DNA of 64,000 nucleotides, from NCBI GenBank assembly GCA_002269645.1, contig NIVC01002388.1:1-64000 (forward strand), given 5' to 3'. A program made the translations under genes and the position numbers. The notes beneath the pieces are model-generated. The model had not been told where the DNA came from. It did not search any database and saw only the letters and a program-made list of their open reading frames with translations. This document shows, in pieces, positions 38,935-52,291 of this stretch. The stretch is from Macrostomum lignano. Lineage: Eukaryota. Each line of letters begins with the position of its first letter. Within the stretch, counting starts at the first letter, position 1.

Positions 38935-40479
38935 GCATTCAATGATTAACATTATGATTAACAATATGTGACACTAATCTTACTAAAAAGTATAAATTTC
39001 GCTTAAGATTATCAAGACAATTATCTGCTTATGTAATTATCCTAATATAAGAGCTTAAGTCGCCCTAATGAGTTCAAGTACTCGTATGGAACAAGGACAA
39101 CTAAAACAATTTATATATAGGATGCGACACTCATGTTTCATGAAAAAAAGTTTTGAAGGCCACTTTCAAAGAAGAATCTGTATGTCAGTTCTGAAGGCCA
39201 TTAAATTTGTAATGCTGTCTTGATGCTGTCTTTGCTATGCTTAAGTAGTAAATCCTGAGCACAGGCTAAACTGGACACTTTGAAGCTGAGCTACCAGAGC
39301 CTGCATACAACTTCTGGACACAGCCATAGTGGATAAAGCATTCAAATGCTGAGGTTGCCTGCCTGCACTACCTACAATACACAGAAAGCCACAGCAGAGG
39401 GCTGGTTCACATGCAGGCTACAATGGAGCAGCTAGAGTACTTAGCTGAACACTTTGACCCAATCTGTAAGCTAGTACCAATCAATGGGCTACTTATATAT
39501 ATCGGCACAAAATACAAATAATCTATGGGAGGTACACGCAGAGATCCTGATAATAATTATATTATCTTTTAATAGCAAATTGCATTTTAAAACATACCTA
39601 TAATCTTTTGGAACAGATTATTATCTACAACTGCTGCCTTGTATACATTTTAGTGTTTTTATTATCTATGGTGTTTATTAATTAATGAGACTTGAATATG
39701 TCACACTTGCCTATGCATATTATTGTGCGATTGTGCCCTTTTTTGCCTCGTGCTCCATCCCAACCCTCTCAGTCTGCCCACCCTTCCATTTTTCTCAATA
39801 ATCAATGCATACACTGATCACCATGTCATACCACCTCCCCCTACTGTACCATACATTTGTTCTAAAAGTATTCATGTACTTGTAGGTCAGATAATGAATA
39901 TAATGAATTTGCTGTTTAGTAGGTAGCTGCAGCCTTGCATTCTCTTGGTCCTATCGTTGGCTACTTCAAAACAAACTTACTTGCCTAAAAGCTTGTGAGT
40001 TCTGTTCTGTCTTTTTCTTGCTTTTCCTTAGGGCGCGAGATGGGAGCTTTAACTGACTGGGGACCTGGGGTTGCAGCTTCCCAACTGGGTTCAGCTGTAG
40101 GCATCACTCTGGAAGATAGGGCACACAACAACCAGTGTCATGACCAGGATTCCAGTTAGGGTTTCTATTAGATTTCCATCTGTGTTGTCTGGGGTAGTGC
40201 ATTAGTGAATTAGTGATTTATAGTGTGTTAGTGAATTAGTTTTGTGCAAGCAATCACGGCCAATTTAGATGATCTTATTGGTGCTTTGATAGTGAGAATC
40301 CAGGAGCAGTTAAATGTGGGTCAAAACATTCCATATCCAAATAAGTATTTGCCAACTCAAGATTTTGCTTTGTGGATGCAACAATTTTACCACATACTGC
40401 AAGGCCACTCAGATCCCTGAGGATCAATGGAAGTAGAACTTGCTGAGTTTGTTGGATTTTGGCACAACTTTTAAAGCAG

Positions 40480-40980
40480 TGGCCAATCTTGAGCTGGATA
40501 ATGACTTGGGATATGCAGTATTTATGGAGCAGCTAGAGGCTTGCTTCAGTCAGAATTGCACATCCTAGGATTACAAGACAGAGTTTCAGAACCAGAGTCA
40601 AAAAGATAGAGAAGCCCTAGAGGACTACGCTGATGCTTTTAAAGAGCTTATGTGTAGGGCATATCTGGCTCTGCCAATAAAGCAGAGGGACAAATTAGCA
40701 AAAGACTGATTCTTGAAAGGGGATTTGAGTTCTAGACAGGGTGCTTGAGAATGTCTTGCTATAGGACCCTGACATACTACAGGCTGTGATCCAGCGAGTG
40801 TGCCAAACTCTCATATTGATGAAACTGCTGGAGGGAAAGTGGTCAGTCCATGTGGTAAACAGTCAGGTGGCAGCTGCTACAGCAGATAGTGAGACAGTGC
40901 ACATGGCTATAGAGATTATCAGCTTGAAGGCAAAGCTCACTCAGCTAAAGCAAAAAGGGGCATCAGCCTTGGGGGGTATA
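40480..40980 (+). mobile_element. Decayed Ty3/gypsy gag remnant
   Basis: Frame from 40497 reads Y..FMEQLEACF...*DYKTEFQNQSQKDREALEDYADAFKELMCRAY...RDKLAKD*FLKG, a retrotransposon capsid-like pattern with in-frame stops at 40566 and 40707. Confidence 0.6.
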
Positions 40981-41474
40981 GCCAAATCTACTAAATCCTC
41001 TCATGGAGGATAGGGTACACAACAATACACTCTCATTTTTTATATTTAGCCTAATAATTGCCAACATAATATATTACACTTGCAGCAAAGTTAAGTTAAG
41101 TTAATATTACACTTAAAACCAATAGCCTAAACTATAAGGCGACATTATTTCATTTGATATTCGCTCGTATTAGAAATTTTGATAAAATTCCTATTTACTG
41201 ACTATTGTCTTACATTTTTGAATAGGTTGGCTTGCCTTTGTATCTTACCCTAGTAACTGGATATGCTAAAATGTTTCTTTTATTTTAGAACGTTTATTCT
41301 TGCTTTAAGACACTAATGACTAGGGCCTAGGCCTAATTATAGCAAAAAACAAAAGTTTTCTTGTCTCCTTAGACAATTTATAATTTTAAGTATAAGCTTA
41401 ACTTTTATAGATGTTTTTGTTAAAGTTTTGGCTATTTTAGCTATATTAGATTTATTATTAATTATTAATAAGTC

Positions 41475-42002
41475 GGCAATCCTTCAGTTTATAATCACCA
41501 TCTATATTGCAAGTTTTGGTTTACAATCACCTATTTTGCTAGTTACAGTTTACAATCACCTATTTTGCCAGTTTTGGTTTACGATCACCTTATATTTTGC
41601 TTACTGCAGTGCAAAAATGGCATGTTTAAAACTAAGACATAAAAACCAACAGTAGTAATTCAAATGAAAAGAAAGCAAAAGTTGACTGATCAACTAACTT
41701 TGTTTATTTGAAAATGAAAAGATTTTACATTGGTTCACTAGTAGCTTATATATATCACCTTCAGTTTATAATCATCTGAAGCTGGCTATAGGAAAGCATG
41801 TCAACCCTAGCTTAGTATAATTAATCTTCAGCGCTGCACCCCATCTCACATTTTTTGAAATAAACAAAGTCAATTCACCAACATTTGATTTTGTTTCATT
41901 GGAAACTATGGATTTTATGACTTACAACTGTTTTTTTGTTGTGATCATCACTGTTTAAGGTGATCGTCACTGTTTGGAATGATCATAAACTGAAGGAATG
42001 CC
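41475..42002. mobile_element. MITE with 8-bp TSD and GGCA...TGCC termini
   Basis: 23-bp TIR ggca(a/t)tccttcagtttat(a/g)atca; TSD aataagtc at 41467-41474 and 42003-42010; internal gtttacaatcacc subrepeats. Confidence 0.85.
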
Positions 42003-44394
42003 AATAAGTCAACATATGATAAAATTATTTATTAAGTCAAGTCTTTAGGATAAAGATTTTGATTAAACTTTGACTTAAAAACTCTAAGTTTGAGCCTAGG
42101 TTAGGGGGTCCAGTAAGAAATTTTTTTTGAAACTCAAATTTTTAACTATGCCATGTTGCAGCCCTGGATGTTATAAGTGAAATGACACCAGACTTTTGAA
42201 AATTGATCAAATAATGAAAAAGTTATGAAGTTTTTCGTTTAAAAAATGGTGTTTTTTCTATCTCAAATACATTAAAAACTGTGCCATTTTTAGGCAAAAA
42301 AGCATGTTTTTTTGCAGTTTTTTTGCAGTAAAATGTCTGTAACTTTTTTACTTCATAACCAATTTTAGTGTTTTAGGTGTTATTTCGTAGATTTTTGTTA
42401 CCATAACATTTTCTAATATTTTTGTACATATATACTGTTCTATATAAGTAGTTATCTGGGGATTAAGACAGAAAAGGGGAAGAACATTTTTTTCTAGAGT
42501 ACTACTTTTTGGCTTTATCATGGTATTCTTTCTATTAACCTTATTTTGTATTACTTTCATGTTAAAATAATACTTGTATACTATAATTAGTAAGATTTTT
42601 GACTTTCTACTGTAAGTAGGCCTAGTATGCAAAAAGTTGACCAGGCCCATTATTTCCATGAAAATGGGTCTTCTAAAGTACCACTCTGGTTGTCTAAAAA
42701 TCAATGTAGCTCCTGACAATCTTAATCTTCTATCTTCATGCTGAAGTCATTAAAAACTTTTTTGTAGTCTGTCTGACAATTGTAATGAATCAATGCTTTA
42801 CTAAGTAATATGTTACTAAATTATGTACTTTCATGTTTGAAAAGGCCATGCCCGAATTCAGCAATTGAATCTACCTTTACAGTTTACCTGAATTATTTGA
42901 TTCATTTACTTGTTCACTGTGTCGACTTTTCAGCACAATAGCTTTCCGTTGTAATCCAGTCAATTTGTCAATTTTGTCAATTTGTTGTGTAACACACTTG
43001 ACTCAACACACTTGCTGCTGCAGCCTTGAATGCTTAACTAATTTTTGGAGGTCTTTTTAGGCTAGGCTAGGCCACTAGGATCGACCTTCAGGCAAATAAA
43101 AAATTAATATTTATGCTAAAGCTAAATGCTAAAAAATACATTCCAAAATCTCATTGAAGTCCCTAATCAAATGCGTTGCATATTTGGCAAGAAAATAGGC
43201 CTAAGTGAGGCTAAGCACACTTGAAATTCTCTCAAAAACAGCACTGCTAAAAATAATATGGCAATAGCAATATAGGCTGATACTGATAGGCAATACCCAC
43301 AATCATGGACCACACTCACAGTCACTCATACCTGACAATGCAATGAATTAAATTAAATAAAAAATGTAGATAACAAAGAGTTTAGCGATCAGTGCATGTT
43401 AGACTGGTAATTCTTTCACTTATATTTATAGGATGGACGTAAGGCTAGTCCAATGACGAATGAATATTTCTCATCTGTAAACACATGATAAATAGCAACA
43501 ACAACCGACGGTCTGTAAGACAAAAGCAGCACTTTAACAAATAAATACATATGCGCTGCATCAAAATTTGTTGCAATATATTATTATGCCGAATAAAAAG
43601 AATAAAAGACGTAGTTATGCTGTAAGTTAAAAAAGCTAAATTTTATTTTTTGTTATTTAAAACGACATATTCCCTAGAACACTAATTATAGCCGTTGAAG
43701 CACACAAAATATAGGTTTAATAATTGGACCTGCTTGTGCTTCATGTATCATTTTGATAAAAAACATGATACCATGCGCACCATTTTGTGGGCTGGATTTT
43801 TTTTCGTAAAAAGAGTATAAAAACTTTTATTTAACTTTTGGCATCCAAGGTGAACTTATTCAAGCTTGATACCAAAAATGACAATTGACATATAATTTAA
43901 CTTTAGGCCTAGATATGAATTATCAGAAACAAGACTGTCTTATGTCAATAATTAACAACAGACATAAACAAAAAATTTATGGTATCTAAATTTTCAGAAC
44001 TTATTACTAATGTTAGGCCTAGTCGATTTTAAAATTTATATGCAACCATTTTGTTTGCCACTTGATTGCAGCCAAGAAAATGACTTCTTTGAAAATGAGA
44101 AATAAAATGTTTTACATATTGTGAAGCCATATTTTATAAGCTATTGCAAGTCATGTAAAATTTAAAATTCCAATGAGATGTCATTTATGTAGAATATAAT
44201 TTTTAACAAGGCTCATTAAAAATGAGTGGCTAATGAATGGCTCTAATGAATGGCTTTAATATATTAATAATTAATTTTTTATAATTTTTAATAAGGCTCA
44301 ATATGCCTATTTTTAACTCTATAAGAAAAAGTGACATTTTTATAGACAGCCACCCAATGCACTTTAAAAAGTGTTATTGCACTTGATACAAATA

Positions 44395-45260
44395 CAATCC
44401 ACTTTGGTAATAACCACTTTGGTAAAAAATGACCATTTTGTATATTTTGATAATCGCCATTTTGGTAATTGCCACTTTGGTAGGCCTAAAAAAGCAGATT
44501 TATGACTGTCACCACTATATATTTTTTATAATTAACTTAAACTATGATTAGGCCACATTAAACTTTTTTTGCTATCTATGAGAAAATGTCGAAAAATGAC
44601 ACTTTCATGTTCGGTTGATGAGATCTTACCCTAGTTAAATAATTAATATCTTAAATATATTATTTTGTAAATGGTTTAATTTTCTTATTAAAGTGTATTA
44701 AAATTTATTTAAAATAGTGCATTTACTTTGAGAAAAATTTGAAGGCAAAGAAAATTAAGCAAAGTGCATTCTAAAAATTAAAATTGTATAAGTAATTGAC
44801 AAAGAGAAAAGTAGATTCTGTAATTTCAAGTTGCTAACTTAGAGATTTTAATGTATACAATATTTGGTCTTTGATGTATATATCTAGTATATTTGGAAAT
44901 AAAAAAAGATCAAAAAAATCAAAATCTCTTGAAGTATATATGAATATATTTTAATTTTTTTTGTCTTTTTTCCTTTAAGTTTATTTTTACATTTTTTGGA
45001 GCATATCAATCAATATATATATATATATATACTACCCTATCAATATATATATATATAATGATTGATATGCTCCAAATTGGCAAAAATGTAAAAATAAACT
45101 TAACTTTAAAATAAGTTTAAATAGCTATATATATTGCTATTCTTACTTATTACCAAAGAGGCTATTATCAAAATGGCTGTTATCAAATTGGTCATGGTTT
45201 GTTACCAGTGGCTATTAGGGGCCTACTAAAGTGGCTATTACCAAAGTGGACTATTACCAC
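44395..45260. mobile_element. Foldback-like element with inverted subterminal repeat clusters and an internal palindrome
   Basis: ccactttggtaa repeats on the left, ttaccaaagtgg-type repeats on the right; imperfect hairpin ~44975-45103 around (TA)n; termini unclear. Confidence 0.45.
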
Positions 45261-45924
45261 TTAGTGTGCTATGCCTTTCCAATGCAACATGACATCTAAA
45301 GGGGCTAAAGGATGGCATGCTAGAAGGGCTAGCTATAGGGTAGTTTGCCAGGGGGATAGCATACTAAAAAGGTAGGTGGCAATCCTCTAGTTTAACAATG
45401 GAACAATGGAAAATTTGTTAAACTAGAGCCTACTAAACAGAAAGGACTTCAGGTATCATAGTAATTTACCACCTAGAAAAGGATAGTTTTATATAGCTGG
45501 CAATAGCACAAAGAAACTCATCAAGCTATGTATCAAATAGGACCTTATATACCAGAGTTGCCAAAGTTGCTAAGGTCTGCTGCAGGTTATATATATCTAT
45601 GATGGGAATTATACTAGTGGGTACTATAAGGTATTTAGCCATGACTGCATAAAAAGAGTTATTGCTTAATATTGATAAAAAGCAAGCAAGCCAAGAAATC
45701 TCTCAAAATCCTATCCCTCCTATCCCAATTCCTTTTCAAAAAACAGTGAGTGATTGCAGGTTTTGGCCATAAAGATAACAAATAGCTAACTCAAACTAGT
45801 AGACAGAGATAAAATTGATATATTGCCATATCTTTAACTTGCATAAGTTTAAATATTTTATTTGTAATAACTAAAGAAGTTTTTATTATTTGTAAAATAA
45901 TAAAACATTCAAAACTAGAAGATT

Positions 45925-47312
45925 ACTTACTTACTTACTACCGACGGGGGGCAGAGCGCCGCAAACAGGCCGCGAGGCCCCTATTGCAACCCCAAGCTAA
46001 ACAGAAACAGAAAGGCGTTAGCCTTGGGGCTGCGCCCACCCCTCGCCGGCAGAAGAGCTCGCGAGAGTGGCATCTGCAATCTTCATCTGCCCAGAATCCC
46101 GAACGAATGCACGTAGATCACGGATACGGTCCGGAGTGGTGAGCTCGTCAAGCCTTAGCGGGTGACCGAGGTGATGCCTCCGCGCCTCGTTGAAGTGTGG
46201 GCAGAAAGTGACGTGGTGCGTCGAGGTTTCCTCCTCTAAATCACAGAATGGGCAGATAGGGGAGCAGCCACTTTGCAGTGAAATATGTCTCTGGAAGAAG
46301 CCATGGCCAGTAATGACCATGCACATCTCCCTCAGGTCAGTTTTACTTAAGGAGATAAGATATTCGGATACTTTCCAGTTAATGGCAGGCATAGCCTTTC
46401 GTGCTTGCTGGTATTCGGAGCAGCTGTCCCAGTGAGTCTGATGCTGGCAGTTCAGCCAATCTTGAATGGCGCGGTTGATTGATGACTTCGGAGAAGGTAA
46501 CTTGACTGAGCGTTGCGCTCCATCAGGGGTGCAACCCCGCTTGGCAAGCTGATCCACAAGCTTGTTTGCCGAGGATGTTGCTATGGCCTGGTGTCCAGAT
46601 AACATTGATCCTGTTGAGAATCGCTAGGGTCTGCAAGCTTTTGAGGCATTCTGAGACTGACTTGGTTGAGAGCTTGATAGAAGACAAGGCCTTAATAGCG
46701 GCCTGGCTGTCAGAGTAAAAATAAATGTCAAAGCTGCTGATGCCAGCTTTGTGCAAATGCTCAGCGCACTGGTTGATAGCTACAACTTCGGATTGAAAAA
46801 CCGAGACATTCTCACCAAGATGAAGACTCTCTTGTAAGATCGCTTCACCCTTGTGGAAAATGGCAATGCCCGCACCAGCGAGACTGTCACGCAGGGATCC
46901 GTCAGTGAAGCAGTGAATACCCTGGCTTCTCCGGTTGATGCCCACATCCAGCGGGTGACTTCCTCTCAGTGGAAGAGTACACTTGAAGCCCCTCCTGAGG
47001 ATGAGAGTGGGGGATCTGCAGTCCACCTCGTCTAAATTGAGGTGGATGCGTTGAAGATTGCGACGGATATAGTCCAGATGTGGGAAAAGAGTCTTCTCAG
47101 GCATGAAGCCCGAGGGCGTGTTAGCAATAAATTTATCACAGATGAGACACGCGGCGCCCTTCATCGCCTCAGCTCTAATGAACAAATGCAGCGGAGGCAT
47201 GCTGAGGATGGTGTTGAGCCCCTCGTAAGGGGTGGATAGATACGCACTGGTGATGGCTCGGCAGATGCTACCCTGCAGCTGGTACAACCGGTCCCGTACA
47301 GTCTTCAACTCC
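45925..47312 (-). mobile_element. 5'-truncated LINE with RNase H and CCHC knuckle (I/R1/LOA-type)
   Basis: RNase H motifs [29 protein letters not shown]; then ITGHG...CPFC...ET..H...CP. One frameshift near 46565; (TAAG)n tail; 12-bp TSD aactagaagatt at 45913-45924 and 47313-47324. Confidence 0.88.
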
Positions 47313-47900
47313 AACTAGAAGATTGCTAGATAGGCTAATATATGCTTGAAGGGTGACAAGCAGAAGTAACAGCATGTTGAAGGGTAGTGCACTTATGCTG
47401 TCCCTCTGGCTGTACCAAATTACCAAAGTCTTTTATTACCTATATAGCATTGTAAAGCAGCCAATTTATCTTTTATAGGTTTCTTTGTTTGTTAGTATCT
47501 ATGCTTTTTAGGCCTTTTGAGCATATTTATAATTATATTTATAGCTTGCTTTTTTATGCCTAAATATAAAGTAAAGCTATGGCTTATTTCATTAAATTCA
47601 TTTGATGGATAAAATTGTATATCTAAAGCTGAGTGGATTGATCAATCAGTCAATTGGCCAGGTTTAATGCATATCTCTTCCTAGATGGCTGCCAATTCAA
47701 ATGCGGGACTTATATGAATTTTGTGTTATAATATTCTTTGTAGCCATGGCTAATATTGGCTAATGAAAATTTATGATTTAGCTTAGGCTATAATAATATA
47801 ATCATAAGTGATTTTGTCTAGGCCTATCTTTGGTTTTATTGTTTTATTGTTTCATTTTTTATCTATTTAAACTGTAATCCCACCAACTTCATGGTTTGAA

Positions 47901-50401
47901 ATGCCCTTTGCCCCGGCCACGGGCACTGGCGCTGGCTTCCAGCAGCAGCAACTGTCTATAAGCAGCTGGAAGCTCACCGTCGCCCTATGCTCATTGGCTA
48001 ACTTCATCAACTCGGCTGATCGAGTCATAATGCCCATCACTATTATTCAGATGGCGGACGCCTATAAGTGGAGCTTGCACGACCAAGGCGTCATCCTGTC
48101 AGCCTTCTCAGTTGGCTACCTGGCGTCCATGCTGGCAGGCGGGTCCGCTGCCCGTCAGTACGGCGGCAAACTGGTGCTGACTGTGGCCGTTTTTCTCTGG
48201 TCTTTGTCAACGTTTTTAGCGCCATTGTGTGCCAATTGGTTCGGCGCCCTGGTGCTCTGCCGGGTGCTGCTGGGCATTGGCGAGGGCCTCGGCCTGCCGT
48301 CAATATTTCATCTGTTTGCCCTGCGCGTGCCTGCCGAGATGCGGTCTACGGCCTTCGGCTACTTGGTGGCATTCGGCTCCGCTGGGCAGACCATCGCCGC
48401 GCTGGCCTGTCCGCATCTGCCCTGGCAGCTGTCGTTTTACAGCTTCGGCTGCGCCGGTCTGCTCTGGTCGCTGGTCTGGCTGCTGCTGTACAGGGAGGCA
48501 GCTGCCGTGCCGCCTCTGCAGCAGCGGTCCTTCCAGCAACTGGCTGAGCAACAGTCGGCTGGCGAGTCCGGCTTGCACGGTTTTGAATCACAGGTTTGTT
48601 AGTTAATTAGTTAGTTAGTTAGTTAGTTGATTGGTTAGTTAGTTAGTTAGTTAGTTAGTTAGTAGTTAGTTAGTTAATTAGTAAGCTAGTTAGTTAGTTA
48701 GTTAGTTAGTAAGGTAGTTAGTTAGTAAGGTAGTTAGTTAGTTAGATAGTTAGTTAGTAAGGTAGTTAGTTAGTTAGATAGTTAGTAAGGTAGTTAGTTA
48801 GTTAGATAGTTAGTAAGGTAGTTAGTTAGATAGTAAATTAGTTAGTTAGTCAGTTACTTAGCTATTTAGTTAGTTGGTTAGCTAGCTAGCTAGTTAGTTG
48901 GTTAGTTGGTCCTGATATGCGTCAATCCTATACGCGTCAATCCTGAGGCTAATTATGCCCTCAAATGCCTTTGACTGAGCCCAAGAATCGAACCCAAAGT
49001 TTTTGCCTACTTTGCTTCACCTCCCCTCCCCCTCGATAAATGAAACCGATATTGGTGTTAAATCTGTATGGTAAAGTAAAGAGATGTAAAAAAGTTTCCT
49101 GTATCTTTTCAGCAGGCATCAAGCGTTCGCTGGACCGAGTTCATCAGCCACTGGCCGCTGTGGGCAATCTACATCGCTCACTTCACTATGAACTGGTCTA
49201 ATTACATCATCATGAACTGGCTGCCCACCTACCTGTCCAAGACGCTGGGTGCAGATAAAAATCAGATTATGTTCACCGCTGTGCCGTATATTCTCAACTC
49301 TTTTGTTGGCATTGGTTAGTGTGTGTTAGTTTAATTTTCTTAGTCATAGATGCTTTGAATGCTCCTCGGATTTAGTAACTACCCTCCTAGATCTTCAATT
49401 TTTAAGTCACCACCTGCATCCCAAATCCTCAGTTGCTGAGCCACCCGCCACCCTAGCTCTCAGATCCTTAGTTACTGGGCTACCTGCCACCCTCCTAGAT
49501 TCTCAGTTGCTGGGCCACTCGCACCCTCCCAGATCCTCTGTTGCTAGGCCACTCGCACCCTCCCAGATCCTCTGTTGCTGGGCCACTCGCACCCTCCCAG
49601 ATCCTCTGTTGCTGGGCCACTCGCACCCTCTCAGATCCTCTGTTGCTGGGCCACCCGCCACCCTCCCAGATCCTCTGTTGCTGGGCCAGCCGCTACCCTC
49701 CCAGATCCTCTGTTGCTGGGCCACTCGCACCCTCTCAGATCCTCTGTTGCTGGGCCACTCGCACCCTCCCAGATTCTCAGTTGCTGGGCCACTCGCACCC
49801 TCTCAGATCCTCAGTTGCTGGGCCACTCGCACCCTCTCAGATCCTCAGTTGCTGGGCCACTCGCACCCTCCCAGATCCTCTGTTGCTGGGCCACCCGCCA
49901 CCCTCCCAGATCCTCTGTTGCTGGGCCAGCCGCTACCCTCCCAGATCCTCTGTTGCTGGGCCACTCGCACCCTCCCAGATTCTCAGTTGCTGGGCCACTC
50001 GCACCCTCTCAGATCCTCAGTTGCTGGGCCACTCGCACCCTCCCAGATCCTCAGTTGCTGGGCCACTCGCACCCTCCCAGATCCTCAGCTGCTGGGCTAC
50101 TTGCCACCCTCCCAGATCCTCATTGCCTCTAGATCCCAGCTTAGTGGTGCGCACTAAAGCTAGCATTCATATGCCATCGCCAACACTCACAGGCGCGGGC
50201 TACTTCTCCGATGCGCTGATCCGGGAACGCTGGACAGCTTTGTCAGTCCGTCGGCTGATGACCTTCGTTGGCCTGGTTGGTCCCGGTGTGCTCATTCTGC
50301 TGTTCGCCGGCTCCAGCAGCATCGCTCTGGCTGTGCTGTGAGTGCGAGGGGTCATTTTATATTCAATTTGTCATCTATTTTAATATTTCTGTTTATATAT
50401 T

Positions 50402-50498
<97 letters not shown>

Positions 50499-50499
50499 A

Positions 50500-50530
<31 letters not shown>

Positions 50531-50531
50531 A

Positions 50532-50562
<31 letters not shown>

Positions 50563-50563
50563 A

Positions 50564-50598
<35 letters not shown>

Positions 50599-51017
50599 AT
50601 GTCTGTCTGTCTGTATGTCTGTCTGTCTGTCTGTATGTCTGTCTGTCTGTCTGTCTGACTGTCTGTCTTAGTGTCTGTCTGTCTGTCAGTCTGTCAGTAT
50701 TTCGGTGCTCCGTTGCAAAACCGCGAATCCCGTCGCAACTCTTCAGCTTCATCTCCCTATCTATGGGCCTGTCCGCCTGCAACTCGTCCGGCCACCTGGC
50801 CAATCACGCCGAGGTGGCGCCTGGCCACGCTGGCATCACTTTCGCCGTGTCCAACGCGCTGGCAACGATACCCGGGGTGCTGTGCGGCCCGCTCACAGCT
50901 GAGCTGGTCACTAAGAGCGGCGGTCGCTGGTTCCCAGTGTACATTCTGGCCGGACTCATGAATCTGGTTGGCGCTGTTGTCTACGTTAGCCAGAGCTCCG
51001 CTACCCAGCTGCTGTGA
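47901..51017 (+). CDS. SLC17-family MFS anion transporter (SLC17A9/PHT4-like). Exons 47901-48593, 49116-49314, 50193-50337, 50747-51017; 435 aa
   Basis: All phases consistent. [68 protein letters not shown]. Confidence 0.9.
48596..48908. repeat. (TTAG)n microsatellite directly after the SLC17 exon 1 donor
   Basis: Read directly. Confidence 0.95.
49430..50125. repeat. 35-bp minisatellite (ccctcccagatcctctgttgctgggccactcgcac) in SLC17 intron 2
   Basis: Read directly; related to the reverse complement of the 13.2-kb array. Confidence 0.93.
50402..50697. repeat. (TCTG)n microsatellite in SLC17 intron 3
   Basis: Read directly. Confidence 0.95.
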
Positions 51018-51379
51018 TTGCCGGCGTGGTGTGATGAAACTTTTCTGTCTCTGGCTGCGTAGCAACAGCTTTATTTACCTTTAATATAAGCTTAGCTTCA
51101 CTTTTTAATATTGCGTGCGGCATTTCGCTAAGTTTAAAAGGGCTTGTGGCTTCTGTGGTGAGATGGGAGAAGAGATGGTGAATAAGAGAGGTTAGAGAGG
51201 GTTGAGAGATGGTGAATGAAAGGGGGTGAGGGATGGGGAATGAGAAAGAGGGTGAGAGATTGTGAATGAGAGGGCTGAGAGATTGTGAATGAAAGAGGGT
51301 GAATGAGAGAGGGTGAGAGATTGTGAATGAGAGAGGGGATGAGAGTGGAGAGATGGTGAATGAGAGAGAGAGAATGAGA

Positions 51380-51740
51380 TTTTTTTATTAGAGGCAGGGG
51401 GGTTGTGTGCACCCTGGCGCACTTTAAGCGACATAGGCACACAACCGGCGAGAGGCATTACTGCCCATTCCGCCGACTCCCCTGAGCAGGCATACAAGCG
51501 CGCGGATACGTACGCAGGCACACACTCACACAGGAGTGTACAGCGGCCCTAACTTTATTTTTATCGTTAGGCATGTACACTTCACTGCGCCTTGGGGGTT
51601 GGCTCTCAAGGCCGTTAATTTCACGAGCAGAGCCAAGCCGAGATTCCAATTCAGCCCCAAATTAATGTGACTGCACTTGGAATCGAGCCTGGGTCGCTGG
51701 CACACCAGAACAGCTGCGCTACCGCTGGGCTACGGCCCCC
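51380..51740 (-). mobile_element. tRNA-derived SINE family A, most complete copy
   Basis: Head gggggccgtagcccagcggtagcg...ggctcgattcc (A/B boxes), shared body, 3' hairpin 51401-51446, A-rich tail. Confidence 0.75.
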
Positions 51741-51821
51741 CGAAAGAATGAGATATGTTGAGATGTTTAAATACATATGTATAGTAATAGCCCAAGGAAA
51801 TAGATTTATTACACAGGGGTA

Positions 51822-51835
51822 GTTACCATGACAAC
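51822..51835. promoter_or_regulatory. RFX X-box-like palindrome, intergenic
   Basis: gttaccatgacaac. Confidence 0.35.
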
Positions 51836-52291
51836 AGGAATTAAGCCACTAAGTAATGGCCTATTGATCATCCGCACTGCCCCCCCACCTCTAGATAGCT
51901 CGATTGCCTGCAAAGCCCGTAATTGCAGTTTTAATTGGCCCTAATTCGCCTCATACCTGGTAGGATACCTGGGCCGCTCGCTCCGCACATTTTAATTGCT
52001 GTGATGCACCTGCTGTTGCCTGAATAATGTTGCTTTGATGTCAGTTCCCGTTTATTTGCATGTACATTAATTTTCTGTTAGTGTGTGCCTGCTGCGCTGC
52101 ACACTGCAAATATCATTGCGTTTTATTATCGTTTTATTAAGGTAGCTTATCGGATAGACTTGATTCATTTTCACTTGCGTTCGGCTTCTAATAGGGTTTA
52201 ATAGAGCGACCCTTTTTTGAAAATCTCTTGATCACAAATTTTTAATTTTTAACTGAGCCATGAACAAATTCTATAAGTTCATATTATTGAT

